A DNA stretch of 64,000 nt from an uncultured candidate division Zixibacteria bacterium (lineage in GTDB: Bacteria > Zixibacteria > MSB-5A5 > GN15 > FEB-12): NCBI GenBank assembly GCA_963806185.1, contig CAWDXE010000007.1:736001-800000 (forward strand), read 5' to 3'. The position numbers and the translations under genes are program-made. Each line of letters starts with the position of its first letter. Positions within the stretch are counted from its first letter, which is position 1. Under the pieces are notes generated by a model. It was given only the letters and a program-made list of their open reading frames with translations, did no database searches and was not told the origin of the DNA. Below, piece after piece: positions 19,900 through 28,745 of the stretch.

Positions 19900-20472
19900 G
19901 TGTCAGGTATTGAATTAACCATCGATCGCGTCCTCACCGGCGACCGGGCGGCCTTTGCCGTGATTGTCGAGGGCCATCGACGGCTGGTTTATCAGATTGT
20001 GTCCCGGATGATAGTCGGCGAGACCGATCGCGAAGATCTCTGCCAGGAGGTGTTCGTCAAGGTCTATCAGAATCTGGCCCGCTTTCAGGGTCAGGCCAAA
20101 TTCTCGACCTGGGTCGCCAAAATCACCTGCAATACCTGCCTGCACTTTCTGGAGAAGAAGCGGCCGGAATTGTATGACGATTTGTCTGATGGCGAATCGA
20201 CTATCGAAGATCATGCCGCCGACCTGCCGTCGCCGGCCGACTTCACGCAACAACGCGACATGGCAATCCGCATTAGCGAGGAGATCGACCGCCTGCCGGT
20301 GCACCTGGGCATTGTGGTCACACTCTATCATCTTCACGGCATGGCGTATACCGAGATTTCCGAAATACTCGGACTGCCGGACGGCACGGTCAAGAGCCAT
20401 CTGTTCCGGGGGCGGGAATTGCTGAAAAAGCAAATCCTGGCCAGATTCAATCGGGAGGAATTATGCGCGTAG
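19900..20472 (+). CDS. ECF sigma factor (SigW/RpoE-like)
   Basis: EDLCQEVFVKVY, FSTWV, region 4 YTEISEILGLPDGTVKSHLFRGR; GTG start. Confidence 0.93.
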   Translation: MSGIELTIDRVLTGDRAAFAVIVEGHRRLVYQIVSRMIVGETDREDLCQEVFVKVYQNLARFQGQAKFSTWVAKITCNTCLHFLEKKRPELYDDLSDGESTIEDHAADLPSPADFTQQRDMAIRISEEIDRLPVHLGIVVTLYHLHGMAYTEISEILGLPDGTVKSHLFRGRELLKKQILARFNREELCA

Positions 20473-21002
20473 AACAGGAACATCTCAGCGATACGGATAT
20501 ACAACAACTGCTGGACGATACCTTCGAATCGACGATTGAACATCGACGGCACTTGATGGTCTGCCACCAGTGTCAGGATACCCTGCTCGACTACAAGCTT
20601 CTCACGGCACAATTGGGGATGGTAACGTCCACCGACCAACTCCCGGCGACTTTCACGCAATCGGTAATGAACCGGCTGGCGGAACTCGACGAACAGGCTT
20701 CGGTGCGCAGGAAATGGTATGTCCTGCCGGCCGTGGGATCTATCGTGGCCATGCTGGTCGCCACCGGTATCGCCCTGATCGCTGACTTTCAGCCGCTCTT
20801 GCCGGGAGTGAAGGACCTGTTGATTGCAGGTCTGTCAGCGGAGCTGGCGGCCAAAATCCAACCGACCATCACCGCCGTTCAATCTGCTCTCAAGCCGACC
20901 CAACCGCTTGCGTTTGCCACCGCCGCGGCGCTGGCCTTATCGCTCGTCAGCCTCGTTGAGGCAGCCTTGCTTCGGCCGCTCAAGGCCCGCCTCGGCCGCT
21001 AG
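20463..21002 (+). CDS. Zinc-binding (ZAS) membrane anti-sigma factor
   Basis: HLMVCHQC = HxxxCxxC; two TM segments; overlaps the sigma gene. Confidence 0.85.
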   Translation: MRVEQEHLSDTDIQQLLDDTFESTIEHRRHLMVCHQCQDTLLDYKLLTAQLGMVTSTDQLPATFTQSVMNRLAELDEQASVRRKWYVLPAVGSIVAMLVATGIALIADFQPLLPGVKDLLIAGLSAELAAKIQPTITAVQSALKPTQPLAFATAAALALSLVSLVEAALLRPLKARLGR

Positions 21003-21011
21003 CCTCAATTC

Positions 21012-22421
21012 CTATTGGCACGAGCCGAGCGGAGCGGAGGTGAGGAAGAGAAACCCTATAAGTCGGGTCAAATCGCCGATATCAACATTGCCGTCAAGCG
21101 AACCATCCGTGTTTGCCTCCCCCGTGCAGATTGTTGCTCCCCCCAGAAACAAGAATTGGACCAGCGTTGTCAGGTCGCCCACGTCAATAGACTGATCCGC
21201 CGAATTGTCGACGTTGCCCGTTATACCCTCGCAACACGGACCGCACGAAAACGCCGCTCCGGTTGGGACTATTTTCACCACCGTCCCTGAATTGAGATTG
21301 CAGATATACATCTCGCCGAAATAGTCCTCGCCAAATGACACCAGGTCGTAGTTGTTCCGTCCGATTTGAGCATCCAGGCTTGTCACGTCAGTGACGATGC
21401 CGTTTGTCTGGGTGAGAGCCCAGATCTCACCCGAACAATAGTCACCAAATAAATAGGCACCCTGTAAATCAGGTATCGCGCACCCCCGATAGACATACCC
21501 GCCGGTAATGGAGCAACGGGAGATTTCATGCAGATATTCCCAGATCGGATCGGTCAAGCCGACCAGCGTGTCACACCCGGTCGACGGAGTGTAACAATGG
21601 GTACCCTCTTTGAGTCGCCATCCGAAGTTGGCCCCACCGGTACTCGACGCCGGCTGCCAATCGATCTCTTCCCATTGGCCTTGCCCAACGTCGGCGATGA
21701 GCATATCTCCTGTGAGTCGATCGAAGCTCCACCGCCAGGGGTTGCGCAGCCCCTTCACCCAGATTTCAGGGAGGGGGGAAACCTGACCGAAATATGGATT
21801 CGACGGTGGAATCGAATACCCGCCTGCCGCCGTCGTGTCCGCCTCGATTCGCAGCATCTTGCCCAGCAGCGACAGGGGACTCTGGGCGTAGTTGCTCGGG
21901 TCACCGGCCGAACCACCGTCGCCAAGGCCGATGTACAAATATCCGTCCGGTCCGAACGCCATCATGCCGCCATTATGATTTGATGCCGGCTGAGGTACGG
22001 TGAGGACCAGCTTTTCACTCGACACGTCGGCGCTGTCGGCATTGCCGGTCACGTGAAACCTCGATACGACCGTTCGTCCGTCCGTCTTGGCCGTGTAGTA
22101 GACAAAGAAGATACCGTTGTTCTGGTAGTCCGGATGAAACGTCAGGCCGAGCAACCCTTGCTCATTTCCCGTTGAAAGAACCCCCGTGTGAATGTCGAGA
22201 AAGGATGAATCCAACAAAACACCGCTCTTGACTATCCGGATGTAGCCGGCCTGTTCAATAATGAACAGCCGGGTCGAATCGCCCGGTGCGGCCGTGACGA
22301 AGATCGGCCGGGTCAAGCCTGACGCTATCGGCAGCGTCTTGAGAGAATAGGCGAAAAGTGATTCGCCGGTCAATACGGCCAGAACCACACTAATCAGCAC
22401 AATTACGGTACGACGAAACAT
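21012..22421 (-). CDS. Secreted PQQ-dependent sugar dehydrogenase (GSDH family) with C-terminal dockerin-like tail
   Basis: Signal peptide, EQGLLGLTFHP, NHNGG, FGPDGYLY, GDGG, GLRNPWR, DVGQ, SFGED; tail at 21012-21236. Confidence 0.9.
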   Translation of the reverse strand: MFRRTVIVLISVVLAVLTGESLFAYSLKTLPIASGLTRPIFVTAAPGDSTRLFIIEQAGYIRIVKSGVLLDSSFLDIHTGVLSTGNEQGLLGLTFHPDYQNNGIFFVYYTAKTDGRTVVSRFHVTGNADSADVSSEKLVLTVPQPASNHNGGMMAFGPDGYLYIGLGDGGSAGDPSNYAQSPLSLLGKMLRIEADTTAAGGYSIPPSNPYFGQVSPLPEIWVKGLRNPWRWSFDRLTGDMLIADVGQGQWEEIDWQPASSTGGANFGWRLKEGTHCYTPSTGCDTLVGLTDPIWEYLHEISRCSITGGYVYRGCAIPDLQGAYLFGDYCSGEIWALTQTNGIVTDVTSLDAQIGRNNYDLVSFGEDYFGEMYICNLNSGTVVKIVPTGAAFSCGPCCEGITGNVDNSADQSIDVGDLTTLVQFLFLGGATICTGEANTDGSLDGNVDIGDLTRLIGFLFLTSAPLGSCQ

Positions 22422-22473
22422 GATGCACTCCCGGATGAAGTGGTGGGTACGATAACGGCGGCAACTCGTTGAT

Positions 22474-22502
22474 AATATACTAACTTAGTCCAATTTAGTC
22501 AA
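22474..22502 (-). promoter_or_regulatory. Putative sigma70 promoter of the GSDH gene
   Basis: TTGACT-N17-TATATT on the minus strand. Confidence 0.6.
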
Positions 22503-22716
22503 GCGAAAGCTGCCCGCCTGAACCTCCGATCTTAATCCTTCGATCTTTTTCTTCGTCTCAACGTAGACGATATTTGTATATTATGACGAAGGGCCATTTT
22601 TTGAACCGCGGCTGTCACTGCACTGGCAACCAAATGCGCCTGCGCAAGCCATCGGCGCCGCGAACATGGCTGGACTCCGGCCAACCGGCCGGCCGGCATT
22701 AGGGAGGATATTCGAT

Positions 22717-23538
22717 ATGGACCAACTGACGACAGCCGTTGAACACCATTATGGGACCGGCCGCATCATGCAGAACATCATGGCCGCCATGCAAAACGCC
22801 GGCAAAGACCTGGGGAATCTGACGCTCGATGATCTGGCGCCGGTCGACGAATTTCATATCCGCGGTCGCGAGGGAACCATGGAGTTGGCCGGACTGGTGC
22901 CCCTTAAACCTGGAACTCGCGTGCTCGACGTCGGCTGCGGCATCGGCGGCTCTTCGCGCTATCTGGCGATCACCTACAAGTGCAAGGTGACAGGGGTCGA
23001 TTTAACTCACGAATTTGTACACGTGGCCGCAAAGCTCTCGCACATGATCGGCCTCGACGGTTCCATCGATTACCAGCAGGGCAGTGCTCTCGATTTGCCG
23101 TTTGAGGATAAGTCGTTCGACGTCTCCTGGACGCAGCACGTGCAGATGAACATCGCGGATAAGCACAAATTCTACGCGGAAATGGCTCGCGTGCTGGTAC
23201 CGGGCGGGCGCCTGGTGTTCCACGACATCTTTCGGGGCCCGAGCGGTGATCCCCATTATCCGGTGCCGTGGGCGGATGATCCGTCAATCAGTTCTCTTGT
23301 CACGCCTGATACCGCTCTTGAGATTTGCGCAAATCTCGGTTTGCGGAAACAGGTCTGGGAGGATACCACGCAAAAGTCGCTGGCCTGGATCGAGATGATG
23401 GCCAGTCGGCCGCCCGCACCCGATCGCCCCGGCCTCAACGTCCTCATGGAAGCGGCGACCAAGGTGAAAATGGGGAACATCATACGGAGTCTGAAAGAGA
23501 ACCGCCTCGCCGTCATTCAGGCGGTCTGGCAGAAATAG
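22717..23538 (+). CDS. Class I SAM-dependent methyltransferase
   Basis: DEFHIRG, VLDVGCGIGG, LPFEDKSFD, RVLVPGG; SD GGGAGG before ATG 22717. Confidence 0.9.
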   Translation: MDQLTTAVEHHYGTGRIMQNIMAAMQNAGKDLGNLTLDDLAPVDEFHIRGREGTMELAGLVPLKPGTRVLDVGCGIGGSSRYLAITYKCKVTGVDLTHEFVHVAAKLSHMIGLDGSIDYQQGSALDLPFEDKSFDVSWTQHVQMNIADKHKFYAEMARVLVPGGRLVFHDIFRGPSGDPHYPVPWADDPSISSLVTPDTALEICANLGLRKQVWEDTTQKSLAWIEMMASRPPAPDRPGLNVLMEAATKVKMGNIIRSLKENRLAVIQAVWQK

Positions 23539-23573
23539 TAGCTTTCGGATTACCCGATCTCACCCGCTAGATT

Positions 23574-24057
23574 GTCATTCTGGGCCTCGTCGAGGCCCAG
23601 AATCCATGGGGCGATCATTGCGTCGCTGATGCCGCCTCCCCAATCACATAACTTCGACATCAACGAGTCATCGCGAGGCTCGTCTTCGAGCCGTGGCGAT
23701 CTCTCAGTACATAGGTTCGGGCCTACAGTTAGCGGCTCGACGGCTTTCCATTTTACTCACATAACGCCCAATCATTGTCATCGGGTGAATGCTACCACAT
23801 CTCACGCAAAACGGCTGGCGCACGAGACGTACGCCAGCCACTAGTCATTGTCATGCCGGCGAAAGCTGGTATCCAGAGTAGAATTTGCATACGAATCATG
23901 CTTCGACGGAGTTTATCCTGAGCGAAGCCGAAGGGCTCAGCATGACGCTACGCGATGACGAAGGCCATTGTGTTGAGTCGAAACCGAAGCGGTTTCGACC
24001 TACAGGGGAGACCTGAAAGATCGCCACGGCGCGTTCAGAAACGCGCCTCGGGATGAC
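23574..24057. repeat. Cluster of at least 7 REP-like palindromic elements (GTCAT-headed, GTAG- and GTGG-headed)
   Basis: Hairpins at 23574-23605, 23667-23703, 23813-23841, 23850-23876, 23897-23946, 23977-24003 and 24018-24057; the second and last are inverted copies of each other. Confidence 0.75.
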
Positions 24058-24126
24058 AAGAATTGGGAACCCCATGCCCCCCGTCTTGCGGTGGATCACT
24101 CTTAATCCGATGCACAGAGAGGGAAG

Positions 24127-25617
24127 TCACCAGTGAACTTGGTAACGGTCGAATATCTTCTGTATGCTATCGTCGAACCATTGCCTTCGGTAGGGCCATT
24201 TGGCCAGCAGGTCAATGGTCCGGCGGTTGACGTCCTGGTTGCGATACGAAAGCAGGAGATCTGTCAGTCTCATTACTCCTTCATCGAATCTGATCACTCC
24301 CAGGCGAGTGAGCGCCGGTTCGATGAAGGCTGTGTCTCGCACCCTCTTTGCGATCTCCACGAATTGATAGAACATGTCATTCCCGGCTCTCAAATGATCA
24401 GAGATTAACTCAATGGCGGCAGGGCGGTCAGCTGTGAGAAGCAGATTCATCATCGCATACATGCAGCTGTCGGGACTATCCACGGGATAATTATTGAAAT
24501 TCGCGTTATGGAAGTCCTTCGTCGCTCCTAGTGTCCGCTTTATGGCAGCCAGAGTGCGTTCAGAATGCCTTTCATAAAGCTGGTTCAATATTCTCGGTGT
24601 TACTGAACTGAGTGAATCCCACAACCACCATCTGAGCGAATCGTACAGTGGTGCAGTATTCTGGGACAACGCCTCCCTGACTGATGCGAAGTCCTGTGCG
24701 TCGTACGAAAGAGGTTTCCGCTTATCGACCGCCTGTTCCAGAAATCTCCGTGCTTCCCCGCTTCGATATGCTGCAATGGCCACATGCAGGCTGCCCCAGC
24801 CGCCCTTCAAGCGCGATCGATCGTTCAGTAGGTCCACAAAATCGTTGCGCGCGAACGGATAGAATTGAGCCACCGGAAATTCGGCCACGGCTTTGTAGAT
24901 ATTTTCCCCATGGACGTTGCGAATCGAATCGTCGGCCACAAACGAAAGCATCAACGGAATATCCGCAGAGTCACGATACCTGGCGAGCGGTAACAGCGCA
25001 GAATCGTTCTTCTCTTTAGTCAAAAGCTCCCGGAATCGAGCATGATAGTATGGCAGCGGCTCAGCATCGCGAATCGCAAATCTTCGCGTGTCCAGTCGAT
25101 ACGGACCGAGAATGAGCGCGCTGTCGACCCGGCGTCTCTGTTCGGGTGTGAGGAGATGAACCCCATCGTCGATGTACTTGGTTCTGACCAATCTGACGAA
25201 AAATTCGCCCACCGCGCATTTCCCCGGCCAGAGAACTACATCAGTCTGAATCGTTGCCGTATCGTTTAGATGTTTGAACAGGATATCAACGATATCAGGT
25301 AAGGAATCATAGGCGAGCGCCCGAAACGCATAGCACCGAACTATGCCCTCCGGGTGATCAAGTAGGGTGCGAAGTTCCTCGGTAGTGGCGGTCGAACGGA
25401 GTTCGATGAAGCTGCCATAGGGTTCCGTAGGACGGCCGTTGATTATGGCTCCTCCCCAGTGCATTCTACCGGCCGTGATGAATCGTCGGACGATATCTTG
25501 TGTCTGAGGAGATACCCGGTCGTGTGTGGGGGTAGCGCAACATATTGTCAGCGCCGCCGAAACAACAGTCATCGCCACCAGGACGGCTGAAACGACCCGA
25601 CGAAACTTCCCGCGCAT
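24127..25617 (-). CDS. Hypothetical exported, probably helical-repeat protein
   Basis: 496-aa ORF; signal-like N-terminus ending ALTICC; HEAT-like segment LLDHPEGIVRCYAFRAL. Confidence 0.65.
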   Translation of the reverse strand: MRGKFRRVVSAVLVAMTVVSAALTICCATPTHDRVSPQTQDIVRRFITAGRMHWGGAIINGRPTEPYGSFIELRSTATTEELRTLLDHPEGIVRCYAFRALAYDSLPDIVDILFKHLNDTATIQTDVVLWPGKCAVGEFFVRLVRTKYIDDGVHLLTPEQRRRVDSALILGPYRLDTRRFAIRDAEPLPYYHARFRELLTKEKNDSALLPLARYRDSADIPLMLSFVADDSIRNVHGENIYKAVAEFPVAQFYPFARNDFVDLLNDRSRLKGGWGSLHVAIAAYRSGEARRFLEQAVDKRKPLSYDAQDFASVREALSQNTAPLYDSLRWWLWDSLSSVTPRILNQLYERHSERTLAAIKRTLGATKDFHNANFNNYPVDSPDSCMYAMMNLLLTADRPAAIELISDHLRAGNDMFYQFVEIAKRVRDTAFIEPALTRLGVIRFDEGVMRLTDLLLSYRNQDVNRRTIDLLAKWPYRRQWFDDSIQKIFDRYQVHW

Positions 25618-25618
25618 A

Positions 25619-26269
25619 TCATTTGCCTGTTGGTGGGTACCCCACCGTCAATCCCAGCAAAATCGTCTGCTCCGCGCGGAGTTTCATGATTCCGCCCAGC
25701 TTCACCTTATCCACCGACGCCCGGGTTACACAGGCCAGATTCGCCGCCGCACAATACAAATAGACATTTTGCGAACAATGCCCGGCATCCAGCGCCGCCA
25801 TCAGTAGTTTGTCTCCGCTCTCTCGGGCAAAATCAAACTTGGCCAGGTCCGACACCAGCATGATATTCAGCGGCGCCGTCCCGACATAATCCTGCGTGCC
25901 GGCATCCTTGCGGAAATCACCCGCTTCCACCGGCGTCAACTCATGCTTGGCCGCGTCGTACAGGTAAATGCCTTCCTTGAGAACGGCGTAGACGTCGATA
26001 TCCTGACGGTTCATCGCCGACGGTGCCGTGCGATGCCCGTTTTCGGGCCTGTTGACTCCGTTGGCGCACCAGAGTACGTTGGCCAGATCCTGAAGGCTCA
26101 GCGCCGAGTCGGCAAACTCACGGCTGCTCTTGCGCTCGGCCATCGCCTGCATGAGCGGCTTGTCGTTGGAGAGGGCGGGTTTTGGCAGTGAGATGGCTTG
26201 CAGTGTCTGTGACGCAGCATAACCAGGGAACATCAGCATTAGGCACATGATGACTAAGATGCCTTTCAT
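25619..26269 (-). CDS. SagB/ThcOx-type nitroreductase family protein with signal peptide
   Basis: RKSSREF, LWCANG, RTAPSA, DAGHCSQNVYL, TVGYP; SD CAGGAG before ATG 26269. Confidence 0.88.
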   Translation of the reverse strand: MKGILVIMCLMLMFPGYAASQTLQAISLPKPALSNDKPLMQAMAERKSSREFADSALSLQDLANVLWCANGVNRPENGHRTAPSAMNRQDIDVYAVLKEGIYLYDAAKHELTPVEAGDFRKDAGTQDYVGTAPLNIMLVSDLAKFDFARESGDKLLMAALDAGHCSQNVYLYCAAANLACVTRASVDKVKLGGIMKLRAEQTILLGLTVGYPPTGK

Positions 26270-26310
26270 GGTGATTACTCCTGAATATATCATTTTATAT
26301 TCTTGTCGTG

Positions 26311-27186
26311 TCACTTGATCCACGGATAAGGCTCAGATCCATCGGGTGGGATCGCCCAAAGGCGATAGTCGTAGCTGGTAATTCCCTGTGAGTAGAGGAT
26401 AGTGCCATCAGGCAATTCGCAGGTCACAACAGCAGCACTACCCAAGGAGCCGCTTCCAGTCAGCCTGACCTCGGCCAATGTATCAGGAGCTGCAAAGTCT
26501 CGATCGCACTTTATTAGATACTCTCCCGAGTGCAACAGGATGGTTGAATCGCGGAGCAGTCGAATGCTGCTGGGCCAAAAGCCCGGCGGAACAGTATCGA
26601 GAAGCAGAGTGTCCATTGTCGAGACTTGGATCATGACGATTCGATTAAAGGAAGGATACATAACTTTGTCAAAGCCCGCTGTTGACGGATTGTATGCATC
26701 GCCACTGATCGGCCACCCGTCTCCGGTAAACAGATTCTGTGCATAGATTTGGTTCGCAGGAGCCGTCGCAACGATAAGACTGTCCGTAACACACATTATA
26801 GAGTAGGGTTGAGAGATGGCGAGCAAGGAATCGACCCCAGTGTGCAGCCAGTGGATGCGATTGTAGAAAGAGTAATTATACACCAGAAATGCACCTTCAG
26901 TAGATTGTGAGACCCAGCTCAGATCCTTGCTCCGCAGCACAAGTGTCGGCCGTCCGTGAGTGCCCACCCTGGATCTGTAGATGGCAGAGTTTGAATCGCC
27001 GACAACCGGCGAATTGATTACCAGAAAATAGACGTACTGGGAATCGTACGACAAGACAGGGGATACCTGCCAACCACTGTCGATAGTATAGGAACTGGCG
27101 TGGGGGCCGGTTGACGTCTCGTCGTCCGAACAACCCAACAATATCAGTCCAATCACAATCAAGAACAAAATCAGGGCTCGTTGCAC
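26311..27186 (-). CDS. Hypothetical lipoprotein, possibly a TolB-like beta-propeller
   Basis: Lipobox LLGC; SPVLSYDSQYVYF and LWAIPPDGS resemble PD40 blades. Confidence 0.6.
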   Translation of the reverse strand: MQRALILFLIVIGLILLGCSDDETSTGPHASSYTIDSGWQVSPVLSYDSQYVYFLVINSPVVGDSNSAIYRSRVGTHGRPTLVLRSKDLSWVSQSTEGAFLVYNYSFYNRIHWLHTGVDSLLAISQPYSIMCVTDSLIVATAPANQIYAQNLFTGDGWPISGDAYNPSTAGFDKVMYPSFNRIVMIQVSTMDTLLLDTVPPGFWPSSIRLLRDSTILLHSGEYLIKCDRDFAAPDTLAEVRLTGSGSLGSAAVVTCELPDGTILYSQGITSYDYRLWAIPPDGSEPYPWIK

Positions 27187-27217
27187 TACACCCTCCAGTG
27201 ACCAAGTCCATCGTCTC

Positions 27218-28687
27218 TCACTTCTTCACCGCCCCCGCTTCTTCCACCTTCACCTTGATTCCCGCCAGCTTGCGGGCGATCTCGACCTTCTTCTCAAGTT
27301 CCATATTCCCGCGAATCACCAGCTTCGCGCCGTCGGGCGATCCGCCCCCATGCATGCACCCCGGCACCCCGGCGCCGATCGTGCACCACTCCACCAGTCG
27401 CGCCGCGCGTGCGCGGGTTTCACCGTCGCTGTGGGCCGTCATATACTTGTGAATCAGGTGACCGTACTTCTTGGACTTGAAATCGACGGTCGATGGCATG
27501 CATCCGGTCTCCGCAATCCCACCGGCGATATCCTGTGCCAGTACCGATGTCGCGTAGGGGAGAGTCGCTACATGCACCTTGTTCACGTTCGACAGAAGCT
27601 GATTAGTCAGCCAGGCACCGGATGGATGCTTCTTCCCGCGTGCCGCCGCCGCTATTCCCATGCCATAGGTCGTCTCGTTGTTGACCACCATCTGCGTGAG
27701 CTTGTCGTTGAACACTTTCGCCGACAGGCCGTTGGTGCGGGCAGTCAGAATAGCGCTTCCGATCTTGATATCCCCCTGACCCGCCACACACCCGCCGATC
27801 GCCGCCCGGTACGGAGCGATGAAATTCATCACGGTCGGCATGGCATACTTGAACTCGCCGCACATGAAGACCCGTTCGTTCGGAATAAACACGTCTTCAA
27901 ACAAGAGAAATGACTGCGTGATGCCACCTTCGGTGACCGGATTGTCCCAACTGGCAGTCTCCTCGTCGCGTGTGTCGTTCGGGTGGCGCGTCTCGACAAT
28001 CGTCAACCCCTCGATATCACGCGGTATCACAAACGATATTGCACAATCCGCATCCTGCTCTTTGTAGCCGGAGCCGGGAATGACAAAGATCTCGTTGGCC
28101 GCCGCCACGCCGCATATCATCAGTTTGGCGCCACGCACGACGATACCGTCGGGCCGCTTCTCTTTCAGATGCAGGTAAACGTCTTTGTCCGGCTGTTCCG
28201 ACGGCCCTTTGGTCCGGTCGCCCTTGGCGTCAGTGAGTGCGCCGGCGATCGTGATATCCTCGCTCTGCGCCTTCTTGAGCCAGGTGAGGAACCGCTCATG
28301 ATACTTCGTCCCCAGATCGCGATCCATCTCCCATGTTGTCACGAACATCGAATTGAGCGCACACCAGCCGGCGCATCGGCCGCCGGTGCAGGTGCCGGTG
28401 AGGTGAAACATGAGCCGCTTCATATCGCTGTTGGCAAACATATCTTCCGGCGACTGAATGATCGACAAGTACCGACTGATCGGCTCACCGGTCAGATGCG
28501 ATTTGGTCGTCACCATATCCCGCAGTTCGGGGTCTTGCGCCGCCTTGTAGGTCCAGGCGTGACCCTCGACTGTCCGCTTGGTGGCGGGGTGGACGGTCAC
28601 GTCGGCGATAGGTTGATCGAATTTATGAATATTCGGGCGGAGTTTTTTGAGTGAAGCGATGTACTGGTCGTAGGTGCGGATAGCCAT
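27218..28687 (-). CDS. 4-hydroxybutyryl-CoA dehydratase (AbfD)/HpaB family flavoprotein, divergent active site
   Basis: YIASLKKL, ALTDAKGDR, GIVVRGAK, FEDVFIPNERVFMCGE, DIAGG, MHGGGSP. Confidence 0.85.
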   Translation of the reverse strand: MAIRTYDQYIASLKKLRPNIHKFDQPIADVTVHPATKRTVEGHAWTYKAAQDPELRDMVTTKSHLTGEPISRYLSIIQSPEDMFANSDMKRLMFHLTGTCTGGRCAGWCALNSMFVTTWEMDRDLGTKYHERFLTWLKKAQSEDITIAGALTDAKGDRTKGPSEQPDKDVYLHLKEKRPDGIVVRGAKLMICGVAAANEIFVIPGSGYKEQDADCAISFVIPRDIEGLTIVETRHPNDTRDEETASWDNPVTEGGITQSFLLFEDVFIPNERVFMCGEFKYAMPTVMNFIAPYRAAIGGCVAGQGDIKIGSAILTARTNGLSAKVFNDKLTQMVVNNETTYGMGIAAAARGKKHPSGAWLTNQLLSNVNKVHVATLPYATSVLAQDIAGGIAETGCMPSTVDFKSKKYGHLIHKYMTAHSDGETRARAARLVEWCTIGAGVPGCMHGGGSPDGAKLVIRGNMELEKKVEIARKLAGIKVKVEEAGAVKK

Positions 28688-28698
28688 ATAGCCCTCTT

Positions 28699-28731
28699 AA
28701 AACGACAACGGCCCGGACGTCCAGGCCGTTG
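28699..28731 (-). terminator. Intercistronic hairpin or weak terminator
   Basis: CAACGGCC...GGCCGTTG stem followed by TCGTTTT on the minus strand. Confidence 0.45.
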
Positions 28732-28745
28732 ACCATGCAAATGTG

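Noticed and set aside
22485..22502. TTAGTC direct repeat at 10-bp spacing in the GSDH promoter
   Set aside because: Too short, and one copy is the -35 box itself; no supporting second site
22600..22716. Structured GC-rich leader before the methyltransferase, possible SAM/SAH riboswitch
   Set aside because: Could not match the core of any riboswitch class I know; an Rfam scan would settle it
23572..23844. 90-aa ORF, and a 67-aa ORF at 23896-24099, in the repeat cluster
   Set aside because: No SD or protein-like features; they are read-throughs of palindromic repeats
25619..26269. SagB-like gene as part of a RiPP (azole) cluster
   Set aside because: No YcaO, precursor peptide or transporter nearby; stand-alone members are common
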